This document shows, in pieces, positions 12,050-24,339 of a stretch of 64,000 bases of DNA (position 1 is its first letter; the number at the start of each line of letters is the position of its first letter). The DNA lies in NCBI RefSeq assembly GCF_001194135.2, contig NC_068990.1, forward strand, positions 32,368,152 through 32,432,151. Reading direction: 5' to 3'. The notes beneath the pieces are model-generated. The model was not told where the DNA came from. It ran no database searches and was given only the letters and a program-made list of their open reading frames with translations. Source of the DNA: Octopus bimaculoides. Its lineage: Eukaryota. Position numbers and translations under genes: made by a program.

Positions 12050-12552
12050 TGATTATTATTGAGTGAGAGAACAGTGCATGCCATCAAAGTGACACTGGGG
12101 TACAAATATACAAAACCCAATATACCCACCATGTCTACCTGTCTGATAAGGGTACACCAGGCACATGCATCACAACCATATGTGTGTGATATGCTGATGT
12201 TATATCAAAGTAAACAGCACATGACCTTGCATATGGGTGCCCAGATAGAATTTTCTTCAGTTTGAGTAGCCCAGCCTGCTCAAAAGTTCTCTGAATAAGG
12301 TTTGTTTAAGGATGTTGAATGAAACACCTATGTTTCTTGAGGTGAATTATTCAAACCCCAAAGAATTCCTCTGAATACATGGCTATGATGCTCCCCCTGC
12401 TACTTCTGCTCATGATCAGAGATGCACATATTGTCAGCCACTAAGTTACATGCTCAACTGCTTATGGTCAAGCAACTGACAAGCAAGCCCATCTTTTACT
12501 CCAAGATAAAACATACATGATAACACTTCCAATCAGTTATGTTCAGAAGCCA

Positions 12553-12555
<3 letters not shown>
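12050..12555 (-). mobile_element. Retroposon 3' end with (AAT)n tail between TAA/TAC microsatellites (R4/Dong-type or dependent SINE)
   Basis: Minus strand ends CTCACTCAATAATAAT. Recognised as a recurrent octopus repeat from memory; the clade is inferred only from the tail. Confidence 0.5.
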
Positions 12556-12584
<29 letters not shown>

Positions 12585-12622
12585 TTATTATTAATGTTAT
12601 TATTATTATTTTAATCTTTCAG

Positions 12623-12866
12623 CATTGGCTACAAAACCTTCTTTCTTACAATAAACGAGCAGATTCAAGTGCTTGATAGAATTGCCAACCAGATGCCTGC
12701 CATTACTAGACTGTCTGTATTACCAGTTGAAGAAACTCCTGTCCATAATGAAAGCAAGACCCTGTCACCAGTCGTGCAGACAATCCGAACTGATAGTGTT
12801 GAGAAGAACAACACTGAACCTGATGAAGATAAAAACACTAAGACCAATGATTGTCTTTTATCTTGA
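12623..12866 (+). CDS. RIC1: RIC1 terminal coding exon
   Basis: TTTCAG acceptor; TG|C completes Cys, then IGYKTFFLTINEQIQVLDRI...TNDCLLS*. Compare the recalled vertebrate DCPGYKPFL...DCSVS*. Confidence 0.9.
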
Positions 12867-13575
12867 TAACAACCCACCGATTATCTGTGTATATCTTTCT
12901 GTGACATATATATATATCTCCTGGGAACACTGTATTGGCTGCTACCATTCCTCTACAGCCTCACTTCTTCATTGAAACACAACACACCACAACTGTCATT
13001 ACACCAACAACACAGTACCAATGTCCTTCAGTGAATAACAAGTTCCACTTTTACCTTCAACCTGTGAACCAGCAAAATTTCAAAACTTCAGATCATTTCC
13101 TCCTTTTCTCCTTCTTTCTCTTCTTGTCTGAAAACATTTTGATATTCTTCAACAACATAAAAGCTATATTTTCTGAATATATTATAATCTTTATGCTTCT
13201 CTGTAGCATCTTTTTTTTTTTTCTTTTTGTCTTCTCTCTCTCTAATTATCTTTTTTTTTTTTAAACTAAAGCTCTATTTTAATGAATTACATGACGACAA
13301 CTGACCATCTTAGCTTTCATACAAAAAAAAAAAATAACAAACAAAAAATATTACAAGCCGAGACAAATCATGAGTAGTTATATTGTTCTCTGTCTCTGTT
13401 ATGGGCTCCCAACCCTATACCTACTGCCGTTTTCTTTATCCCATTTTCGATTTTAATTCCCCCATCCCACCCCACCAGTCCTACTGCTTTTTATTGCCTT
13501 GTATCTTATTTCAATATCATCTTCCACAAACTAAAAATAAGACGAGAAGAAAGAAGAAAAAAGACAATAAATAAA
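12867..13575 (+). other. RIC1: RIC1 3' UTR (minimum extent) with overlapping AATAAA signals
   Basis: Follows the stop codon; AATAAA at 13566-13571 and 13570-13575. The UTR may be longer, since GT-rich sequence continues to about 14.1 kb. Confidence 0.4.
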
Positions 13576-16555
13576 ATATAAACAATGAAAAATATGTACA
13601 AACAAAATTTAAAAAAAAAATATACAAAACAGAATAAAATGAAATTCTGTAAATAATTAAAATAATTTAAAAAAAGAAAGGAAAATAGAGAAAATTATGT
13701 GTATTATTTTTTGTGAAGTTGGACCAACTGCAAATTGCAGTGTGCAGTAATGATTACACAATGGTGTAGAATTGTTAAAATTGTCTGTAAATCTGGCATC
13801 GGTGCAATTCTGAATTTTGTTATCTATGAAGAAAGTATGGCTTCACTTGTGCCTCCCATTTCTCTCTCTCTTTATATTGTTTGTTTTACTGTACATTTGT
13901 CAATCATAGGTAAGTTTTATATTCCATACTTTGTAACAGTATGTACAGGAAGTGTAAACTGCAGTGAAAACGTGTACATTGCTGTTTTGTTGTGGAGTGT
14001 TTGTGTTTTATGTTTGTGGGTTTCCCATGTTCATAAAACTTGTGTTGTGTAAAGTTTTGGTTCCGAACTGTCTAAATCATGTTGTTGTTTTATAGCACAA
14101 TTATAGCCATTCCTTCTCATTCCTGGCCTTGATGTCATTCATTAAATATAAGGTTCCTTATTATGCTATAAGCTCTGATTTCTGTATTGTACTTGGATGG
14201 ACTTTGCATCAATGACATCATTTCTAATGCTATTTGTGTCTTGTATTACATCTTGCCATTGCCAAGCTTTGTTGCAGTTAGCTATGCATGAAGCTATGGA
14301 CAGTATTTGATGATGCATTGCATAGTGATTAGTCTACAAAGTACTACTGTGGAGAGTATAAAATTACTAGTTTTTGGGCATTATATTCATGCTGCAGTTT
14401 TCTTTAAATCACATTGCAGTCAGATATGCACAAAACAATTTCGTTGTTTGTAGTTCACAAATTTGTACAATACATTCAGAACCAGGTACATCAATCAGTC
14501 TAGAATACTCATAACATCATAATTATTAGCAATCTGCTATTTAGTAACTTTGTGCCTTTTATCAGATGTGCATTATTTTCATCATCATCATTTCATTTAA
14601 AGCTTGTTTTCTCTTATATTTGGATGCACATTATTGACCATTGTGTGAGAGAGTGTGTGTGAATATAACATGGATATGACCTGGATGCCAATCCTAATTG
14701 ACACTATAACAGGCAGACAAATGCTGTGTTGAGGACAACTATAACATGTGGAAGCAGCTGCTAGATACAAGAGCCAACTGCAACCATTTGCAGAAGCCAA
14801 AGTTGTTTATACTTTTGTTTGACAGTTGTAACTATACACACTTTGAATGATAGTGTGTGAAAAGGCATGAAAGCTACCCCAATGTTTAAGAAGTGGGGGG
14901 GGGGGGAATAATTTATTTTAATGAGATTTATGGATGCTAAAATATTAAATAAAGTTTTCTCTATCTTTAACAATGTGGTGGCAGTCATCACATGCCTTTG
15001 CTTATATATATCAGTAGCAATGTTTAACATAAACTACAAAATCTTTGTTTTATCATCAAATGCAGGTGCTTAATGTAGTTGTAAACCCTTGAAAAACCAA
15101 GTCTGTGACCTGCTTGTAATTACTGCTTGAGCCTTTAAGTTCAATCATAGTAACTAGTCTAGAGAGGGAACAGTTTCTATCTGGTTGAATTACTGTTGAT
15201 AGACTAGACAAGCACTTTCTGTAGAGATGTCCCAGTCATCTGACATATTTTTAAAAAAGCATTTTCTTCTATCTTCAACTTCCTGCAAACCAATTCCATG
15301 TAACAAGATGAATATCTAAATTCAAATTTTAAGACGAGTCATTAAAATTCCCAGCTCTTCCTCTGTTGTTTCAAGATTAATTCTTTATCTTTGATTATGA
15401 AAGTATGTGAGGAACTCTATCTGTAATAGCAATAACAATAGTGAAGTGTTAAAATACTCAACCGTTGATTTAAATATTATCAATCAATACCTTGTGATTA
15501 TATTGACACATATTTTACTGTTTCAATCACTAAAAATCAATACTTCACTACTAATGTAACATTCAGGAGGTAAAAAAAAAAATTGTCCTAAAACAAAGTG
15601 ATTCAATGCAAAGAGGGCTGAACAGTTTTTAAGTTTTTGATGTTTTAGCTGTGGACCTACAACACCACAGTGTTGTGTGGTGTCAAAGATAGAATATTGA
15701 TTGCTGTCCTTTGAGCAGGTATTTCAGTATCCCTTTGACTCTTTCATTCATGCTTCCTCTCTCTGTATATGTATGTATGTTTGTGAGTGTGTGATTGGGA
15801 GAGAGAGAGAGAGACAGAGAGAAAACATTTTACTAGGAAGAAGTGCAATTGTTGTTCCTTGTAAAGCTTCTGCATACAGATTTTTATGAAGATCTCCAGT
15901 GACAGTGTTTCAACATGAATCTGCACAGTTCAGACTTTTCCATTGAAAGAATCTCTTACATTCTGACTTCATGATTTTGAAACTTTTCTGCAACCAAATA
16001 CACCATTGCAGTTAGTTTATTCTGTAGTGATGCCTTTACAATTTGTCGCTGTATACAGTCTCAAAAATATCTTGTCACATACCATTAGATCTGTGGAATC
16101 TCTAGATTTCACAGAATAAACTGTATTTTTACATGTTGTTTTTGTTGGTCTTGTTTATTTCTTAAAAGTGATGTGTGGGGGATATTTTGTCGTTTGATGT
16201 GGTGTGTCTTCAATGTTTCTTGTTACTTTCTATGCTTATCAACATTGCACACTCTGGAAAAAATTTGATGTTCATGTTTAACTCAGGAGGAAAATAGACA
16301 AAACTGAGAAGGCTACATATCTCCCATCTTGTAATATTCAGGTTACCCTCTATGCTCTGTCTGCATAGAATGTATTATTTTTTTCACACATTTTTCATCT
16401 AGCTATCAGTGAAAATGTCCAGTCCATCTTTCACGTTCAATATTCTGCTTTTTAAATTCCCTTGACAGCTATTTCATTCTTCATTTTTAACTCTGTCTTC
16501 ACCATATATTTAAAACATATTTTAACTGTTCCCCCCCTCTCTCTCTCTCTCTCTC

Positions 16556-16645
16556 ATGTTGCTATCCTTGCTAACTCTCACCCCATCACCTCTCTGTCTG
16601 ATGTTGCTATCCTTGCTGACTCTCACCCCATCACCTCTCTGATGT
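16556..16645 (+). repeat. 45-bp tandem duplication
   Basis: TGTTGCTATCCTTGCT(A/G)ACTCTCACCCCATCACCTCTCT occurs twice in tandem. Confidence 0.85.
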
Positions 16646-19600
16646 TACTCATTTATTTAAAATATAATAGAAATAAGATGATCTTAATGTTATCACATTA
16701 GAATTAAAAGTGAAAAAATAAAAGTGAAACAATATTATATCACATTACAATATAGATCCTATTCTTTCACTTTTGACACATAATACTGCACCAGTGCCAA
16801 TGGTATATTGTTTTAATCCAAATGAAAAAGAAATTACATGTTGACACTCATGGAGTCTGATACTATATACCTTATAAGATTTGATTTGATTTGGTTGAGC
16901 CATTTGAGAATGCATAGGGAACAAAAAGAGAGACAAAGAATTTTATATATGTAGGTAGATGAACATTTTCTATAACACATGGAGGAAGTCAACCACTATT
17001 ACTATTTGAAAGATATTTACTTCTCAAGACAAACTATCAGCAAATAATCTCTTTGTGCATTGGCTAGCCTGCATGTTTGTTTGTCTCACCAAATTGCAGC
17101 TGAGCCAAGAGAATCTTTACTAACTGTATACAATCATTCTGCCATTTCTCAATGTAAATGCTTGATTGCTCATTTTCATTCCAACTTTCCTTTGCCATTA
17201 TTCTTGTCTCATCAATATGTGCATACCACTAGAGAGGCATATTACAAGTGTATGGTTTTGATTATCTGAATCAGATGGATCAATGATAAAACATTTAACT
17301 GATGAGAATAGTCAGTATAGAAATGGAAGAGCTCTAACCAGCTAGCTCACTTGAAGTACTAAGGCAGGGATGGAAAACTGTTTGTGTGGAAGGAGAACTG
17401 TTTGTGTGAAGACTAAAGACTACATTAAACTTGCCACCAATAATTTAATTTAATTGCTGTCAATAATTTAAAACCTTTTGTCAATATTGTTTAAATCGGT
17501 GGCAGCTAGCATACAACTAAAGCACAGCATATTAAGATAAATTTTTCATTCACTTACATCATCATCATTTGCTGTCAGCGTCGATACTGGCAAAGGCTTA
17601 ATGGTTTGATTGTCTTTTCAAGAAAACAATCAACATTATCATCAGATATAAATTTTCACCAAGTTGTATTTATATATCCCAGTATCTGTTTTGACATGGT
17701 TTCTGTGAGTGGTTGCTGCTCTTCTTAATGCTAGCCACTTTACGGTGTACTCGGTGTCTTCTTGTAGCACCAGCACAAGTGAACATTGCCTTATTTTTAA
17801 GGTTGAAAGCCTAAAGTGGTCCCTGTAACTGAGAAAGAAGAGAGTGAGTGATGATTCTAGATAGTGGAGATGAGAAAGGACAAATGAGGTGAAAGGAATA
17901 GATTTATAGTTGTGACAAGATGGTAGAGGAGAGAATAACAGTCGTAGTCATTAATTGGAAGGGGAGAAGATGGCAGGAAAAAGGGTTAATGACAAGGGGA
18001 GTAGAATGGTTTGTGTAGCTGGAGTCTAGGGCTATCCTGCCTTACAAGAATGAATATGGACAGAAGATATGTGGGAAAGGGAACAAAGAAGGAGCTGTAG
18101 ACTAAGGTGCAGAGGAATAAAAATTTAATAACTTCTTTGAGATTACTTTTGGTGAGACAGCACTATTAAATCTGCTTGTAACATGGGCATTTTAAGTTTT
18201 GATTAGTTCTTCAGACACTCTCTCATCAGTGTTCTCAACAAATTCTAGATATATGTCAAATATGAGAATGAAGATTTTCACCAATATGATGTGGAAAAGC
18301 ATGAAATCAGCAAACATGTTTGTGAAGTTGAAGGGACCACCTTTTTCTAAATTTCAGTGCAATCTTCCGTACTATCAAATTTCTGGATAGTATCTTTAGA
18401 TAATTAGCTCCATTTGTAACTTTCTGGTACCTGCAAAATAAGGCTGAAAAGCTATTGTCATGGTAATATCATGCTTTACAAAATCATTGAATCTTTGATT
18501 GAAAGTGATATTTTTTTAAAGACTCACAGTTATGCTCTTCATTTTCGTTAATTATTTTTGTGAACTGTAGAAAGCATTCTTCTGAAAGTTTCAAGTCAGT
18601 AATTTGGGATTTGATATCAACTTCTTTCTGCCACATCATATGAAGAATTATTACCTTACACTGAAATTGCTGAACTCATTTTGTTTTGACTGTCTCACAT
18701 ACAAACGTAACATCTTGATTAAAAGAATTTGTATCTGATGATAATGCTGATTGTTTTCTTGAATAAAAAAAACTCAATTGTTTTCTTTCACAAAGATAAA
18801 TTTTGACTAATACTTGTCCATACTATAACTAATGTACTTTTGTATGATAGATAAATCTATGCTAATGATCTCATCATCATACTTACGTGCTGGACCTGGT
18901 GATGCCTTCTAGCATTTGCTTGAATATAGATCACACAACTTAAAACTTTTTACAAAGTGTCCTTTAAAACAACAGATTTGACTCAAGTATTTTAATGATG
19001 AAAAATGCAATGAAAAGAAAGCAGTATATCTAGATTTGTGCATTGGATCAGAAAACTGCATTTGGATCTAAGAGTTCTGTTTTGTGCAATAAATCTTTCA
19101 TTCTTGCCAGTCATAGATGCAGTACCATATGTACACACACCATGTTAGTTAAAATTTTAGTCCTATTTCATGATATTAATCTTTAAACTTATTGGAAAAG
19201 TCAATTCCTGATGTTCTTCTCTTAACTTTTAGTGTCCTACAGAAAACGTTTACTATCAAAAGCTGAGTCACATAATAAAAAAACTGAGTCACTGAGCAGA
19301 AAAATTCTTAATAGGTTTGTTTATTCAAATACTTATAGTGTCTTTCTTTGTGGTCAGATTATTGTAAAAGTTGACTGTATTGTAGAACAGAGTTTTGTTT
19401 TTTAATGTAACTAGTCATTTGTGCTAAAAAATTATGTTGGCATAATTGGTTTTTAATTAATTACATAACTTCAAAAAATCAGGGAAGATGATGAAAAAAG
19501 ATGTTAGTAAATTAAATGCAATTAATACCAAACACGGACATAAAAACATCACAAATAAAAATTGTTTTTCCCTAACCTTTTTTTATAGCTTATAAAATTT

Positions 19601-19851
19601 ACAGGTAAGCTGAGTTACTTGCATCAGAAACAACATAAACAAGTGTGTATGAATTTTAACAAATGGAGGAACAAAGTTAACTGCTTCTTTTTGTTCACTT
19701 GCAAATTAGGTTACTGGGTGATTGTGCCTCTCAAAACTCAATGGAAAAAAAAAAATTTGAAACAAAAAATACTCAACAGCCTTCTCATCAAGTACTTTGT
19801 TTCATAATTAATAAATGTCTAACCATTCTTCAGGTAATATATTGAGTCACT

Positions 19852-20070
19852 AAGGCAGCGAGCTGGCAGAAACGTTAGCACACCAGGTGAAATGCTTAGC
19901 TGTATTTCGTCTGTCTTTACGTTCTGAGTTCAAATCCCGCTAAGGTCGATTTTGCCTTTCATCCTTTCGGTATCTGTAAATTAAGTACCAGTTGTGTACT
20001 GGGGTCGATCTAATCGACTGGCCCCCTCCCCCCAAAACTTCGGGCCTTGTGCCTAGAATAGAAAAGAATG
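19852..20070 (+). mobile_element. SINE family A, young full-length copy with 12-bp TSD
   Basis: Intact A and B boxes; TATTGAGTCACT at 19840-19851 and 20071-20082. Confidence 0.95.
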
Positions 20071-21310
20071 TATTGAGTCACTTGAAAAATTTGACAACTC
20101 CAAGTCAGACATCAATTGTATGCACAGAAGAAAGAGGTAAATCATTCTGGTTATCAACTCCAAAGCTNNNNNNNNNNNNNNNNNNNNNNNNNNNNNNNNN
20201 NNNNNNNNNNNNNNNNNNNNNNNNNNNNNNNNNNNNNNNNNNNNNNNNNNNNNNNNNNNNNNNNNNNNNNNNNNNNNNNNNNNNNNNNNNNNNNNNTACT
20301 CCTGTTGTTCTGCTGAGTGTTTGAAACCACTCTGTCAGTTGAAAATGGGATAGACTTGAACAGGATTTTGTGGCTACCTACCAACTATTGATTTAGTAAA
20401 TTAAAAAATATGATTCACTTAAAGGTATTTAAAAATTGTAGTTCATCTGTTGCTGAAATATTGCTCCAAAACTTTGATAATGAGAATTCATTAAAAAATA
20501 AGGGTTTCTTTTGAAAATGTTTTATGGTCATCCACAGATAGAAGATTTGGTGAAATGGATTGGAAACATTAATTCCTGAAACAGAAAAAAAAAACTTCAC
20601 TGCTGAAGGAATAAGTTATATTTCAGTTAAAACACTGAGTGTAAAAAGAAGGGAAACATCCCAGGAGCTACTGGCAGCCTAAAAGGTTTAAAGTTGTTGG
20701 TATTCTACAGTTTAGAATATTTTTTATTGACTTCACATTCTGGAAAGATTAATTTCTTCTGCTGTTTTGAATATCAAAACCTTCTTCCCAGGTACAATTG
20801 TAAATTAATCAAAGCTTAGAAAATGGTGTTAGAAAAGGAGACTTAGCATATGGTTATGATGCTGTGAACTACTCTTATAATTTTGTTGAACTTAGCAATC
20901 ATAAAGAAGCAGATAAAAATGGATCACATTTTAAAATTCAACTGGTGTAAGTAACACTTCATGGAAAAGTGTCTCCTACTATAGCCTCGAGTTGACCAAA
21001 GCCTTGTGAGTGGATGTGGTAGCCGGAAGACCATCATATATATATATATATACACATGTACATCTGCATATATTGAGAGAGAAATAGAGGAACTGTAGTG
21101 TTGTCATTTATGAGTATCAACAATAGGGCCGAGGAAAAATAACTCAAGAGAGCATTCTGCATAATATATGGTTCTCATCTGAGTCTGCATAGATTCAAAA
21201 TTACGTGATTGATTGTAGATAAAGCACATCCCCACAGGAGTGATGGCCTCAAATCAAAAGTATAGTGTGACCTTTGAGCAAACAAATTAAAAATCTTGTT
21301 TCAAATAGAC

Positions 21311-21630
21311 ATAGGAGTGGCTGTGTGGTTCTGGGTTCAGTCCCACTGTGTGACACCTTGGGCAAGTGTCTTCTTCTATAGCCTTAAACCGACCAAAGCT
21401 TGTGAGTGGATTTGGTAGACGGAAGGCCATTGTATATATATATATATATATATAAATATGTATATATATGTGTATGTGTCTGTGTTTGTCATTCCACCAT
21501 CAATGGTGTGTTTACGTCCCTGTAACTTAATGGTTTGGCAAAAAAGACTGGGGGTCGATTTGTTGGACTAAAGGCGATGCTCCAGCATGGCCGCAATCAA
21601 ATGACTGAAACAAATAAAAGAGTAAAACAG
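21311..21630 (+). mobile_element. SINE family B with internal deletions
   Basis: ATAGGAGTGGCTGTGTGG head, CORE-like segment, (TA)n, GACTGAAACAAATAAAAGA tail. A partial copy also lies at about 20960-21055. Confidence 0.85.
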
Positions 21631-22308
21631 TAAATAAGTAACAATTTCAAAAAAGGAAGAGCATCTTGTATGCATGAAGCTAAGTATCTTTTGTGTAAGT
21701 ACCAGCCTCTTTGATTTCTATTTTTTTTTTATTGTGTTCAAAAGTAAAAAAATGTTAGTTTCAAAGGTGTTAAAATAATTATTTAAAAACAAAAAAATTA
21801 GTTAAACATCATTGAAATTTCATAAAGGGACAGGTGTGACCTTGCTTGTATGATATTTAAATCCTGAATGCAATGATTAAAAATGGTTTGGAGTATTCAC
21901 ATGAGAGCCAGAAATGAAATGAAAAATGTGAGCTTGAAATGACTATTTTTATGCATAATGTTCAGAGGATTCTTAAAAAAAAAAAACATAAAAATGAGCA
22001 TTTACTTGATAGTTTTTTTTTTTTGTCATCTTTCTAATTATATTCAAACACCAGACAATTTAAGGGAAAATAGGCTTGAATTACCAGCTGAAAGAGCAGA
22101 AACATGAACAGAACACTGGCAATTTAGAACCTTTCAAGTATAATATATTAAAGAATATTTTTGCATATGGAGTCCTGTAATTTATCACTTCCCAGTGAAT
22201 CAATAAAAATTTATCTATCTAGATATGTTTCTATCTACACAAACCCATCTATATATAACATACATAGATACATATATGTGTGTATAAGTCTACATATATG
22301 TATAGTTC

Positions 22309-22535
22309 GTTGCCAGTACCGCTGGACTGGCTCCTGTGCAGGTGGCACGTAAAATACACCATTTCGAGCGTGGCCGTTGCCAGTACTGCCTGACTGGCCT
22401 TCGTGCTGGTGGCACGTAAAGGGTACACGTGTCTGGAGTGCTCTGCCACGTTGATTTCACGAGCAGGCTGTTCCGTTGATCGGATCAACTGGAACCCTCG
22501 ACATCGTAAGCGACGGAGTGCCAACAACAACAACA
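22309..22535 (+). mobile_element. Chimeric SINE (family C modules joined to a family D 3' end)
   Basis: Two GTTGCCAGTAC...GGTGGCACGTAAA modules fused to GGGTACACGTG...GGAGTGCCAACAACAAC, the latter matching the reverse complement of 29455-29580. Confidence 0.8.
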
Positions 22536-22849
22536 ATATAGACATATAAATATTTTTATAAGCCTGCGAATATCTAAAAATATTTTAAAATATTTATAAA
22601 TACATAACAGTAACTGTTATCGGCTCGATCAGTGTTGTACTGCGCCTAGTTAAAGTTCTCTATAAATAGGTAAAAGCAGATTTTTCCTTTTTACGATTAC
22701 GTACGAATAAATAACTTGAGAAAATAACCACCTCTGATTTAAGTTCGTGAAAAAAACCTACTGCTTGATAAAACAACCAGTCTGGTATTGAAAACATGAG
22801 TCTTGAACTATCTCGATAGACTGCAGTTAATCAAAGCTAATGCGTAATT

Positions 22850-22926
22850 TTATAACTTTTTGCGACCCACTTGGATTCCGTTCGCGACCCACTGATGGGT
22901 CGCGATTCATTGTTTGGGAACCACTG
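22850..22926. mobile_element. hAT/Charlie-like non-autonomous element end
   Basis: GCGACCCAC/GGGTCGCG subterminal repeats and terminal GTTTGGGAACCACTG (reverse complement CAGTGGTTCCCAAAC), followed by CTATAGAG. Confidence 0.55.
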
Positions 22927-23214
22927 CTATAGAGGAATAAAAAGTTAGAGGTCAGAATACAAGCACTTGGAATATTTAAAAACATTTAGATATTTAAAAA
23001 TCTACAAAAACATTTATAAGTACATAGGCATTTTAAAATAGAAGACGTCGATATGAAATAGGATATAGTAAATTATAAGTTCGTAGGATATGTTATAAGG
23101 ACTAAAGATTTCAACCTAGAACACAAAGCGTGTGGAAAGTAGAAAGTCAGAGTTTTTACAGCCTTAAACGGACATACTAAAATTAGAGACAATGTTTATT
23201 GGATCCAAAAGTTT

Positions 23215-23303
23215 CATCGACGGGCCGTTTCTGAGACGTCTCAGTTAATATTGACATGAATTTCATATTTTAAAAGAACCAGACACTCCCCCTCATCAGG
23301 ATG
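23215..23303 (-). ncRNA. Hammerhead ribozyme motif, left arm of the foldback
   Basis: Minus strand reads CATC-CTGATGA-[long stem II]-GAAAC-GGCCC-GTC-GATG; stem I is CATC/GATG. Confidence 0.6.
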
Positions 23304-23535
23304 TTATGTGACAACTCACATAATCAATTCCAACGATTTCGATGCTCCACGACAGGTAAGACAATACAAAGAAATGACAACTCACGTTGCAACGACGTTG
23401 GAACGTGAGTTGTCATTTTATTGTATTGTCTTCATGGTGTCTTACCTGTCGTGGAGCATCGAAATCGTTGGAACATAATTATGTGAGTTGTCATTTTTTT
23501 TGTATTGTCTTCGTGGTGTCTTTCGTGTCGTTGAG

Positions 23536-23622
23536 CATCCTGATGACGGGAGTGTCTGGTTCTTTTAAAATATGAAATTCATGTCGTATTAACTGACACG
23601 TCTCCAAAACGGCCCGTCGATG
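23536..23622 (+). ncRNA. Hammerhead ribozyme motif, right arm of the foldback (G12 mutated)
   Basis: CATC-CTGATGA-C-GGGAGTGTC...GACACGTCTCC-AAAAC-GGCCC-GTC-GATG; GAAA is replaced by AAAA. Confidence 0.55.
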
Positions 23623-24339
23623 AAACTTTTGGATCCAATGAACATTGTCTCTAATTTTAATGTTTGTTTAAGGTTGTAAAATGTCTGACTTTCTACTTTC
23701 CACACGCTTTGTGTTCTAATTGAAATCTTTAATCCTTATAACATATCCTACAAACTTATAATTTACTATATCCTATTTCATATCGACGTCTTCTATTTTA
23801 AAATACCTGTGTATTTATTAATGTTTTTATATATTTTTAAATATTGCAAGTGCTTGTATTCTGACCTCTAAATTTTTATTCCTCTATAGTATATCGTGTG
23901 AACTTATAATTCACTATGTTTTATATAATATCAACGTTTTTGTATCTTATGATGTGTATATTTTGTACTTATTTTAGTTGTATATTTTTAAAAATGCCTA
24001 TGTATTTATAATTGTTTTAAAATATTTTTAGATATTTGCAGGCTTATAAAAATATGTATATGTCTATATGCTTGTATCTTCTATTATGTTGAGCTTTATT
24101 AATGTCGCAGTAAGTGTGCATATATATATATATATATATATATTGAATATTCTGCTGGATAATAGGTTGTCCCTCTAGTTTACCGCTCGTATTGCCTCCA
24201 CTCAAATTATAAATTGGAACTTAGCTCAAATTGAGCACTTCGATTCTAGCCTGACTACGAGTATTGCTAATTAATAACAATATCTATAAAATAGTATAAT
24301 TTATATACATATATATATATATATAATTATGATAATAAG

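Larger units (their letters stand above)
22536..24069. mobile_element. ~1.5-kb foldback (long inverted repeat), probably inverted Penelope-like pseudo-LTRs
   Basis: 22927-23394 is the reverse complement of 23396-23889, and 22536-22606 of 23999-24069. Centre CAACG-A-CGTTG at 23395; a hammerhead core lies in each arm. Confidence 0.8.

Noticed and set aside
15150-15400. Minus-strand peptide NLETTEEELGIL... resembling a transposase fragment
   Set aside because: Too degenerate (several stops) to assign without a search.
23400-23540. CRISPR-like repeat-spacer pattern
   Set aside because: Eukaryotic context, only two ~80-bp tandem units with no unique spacers, and no cas genes.
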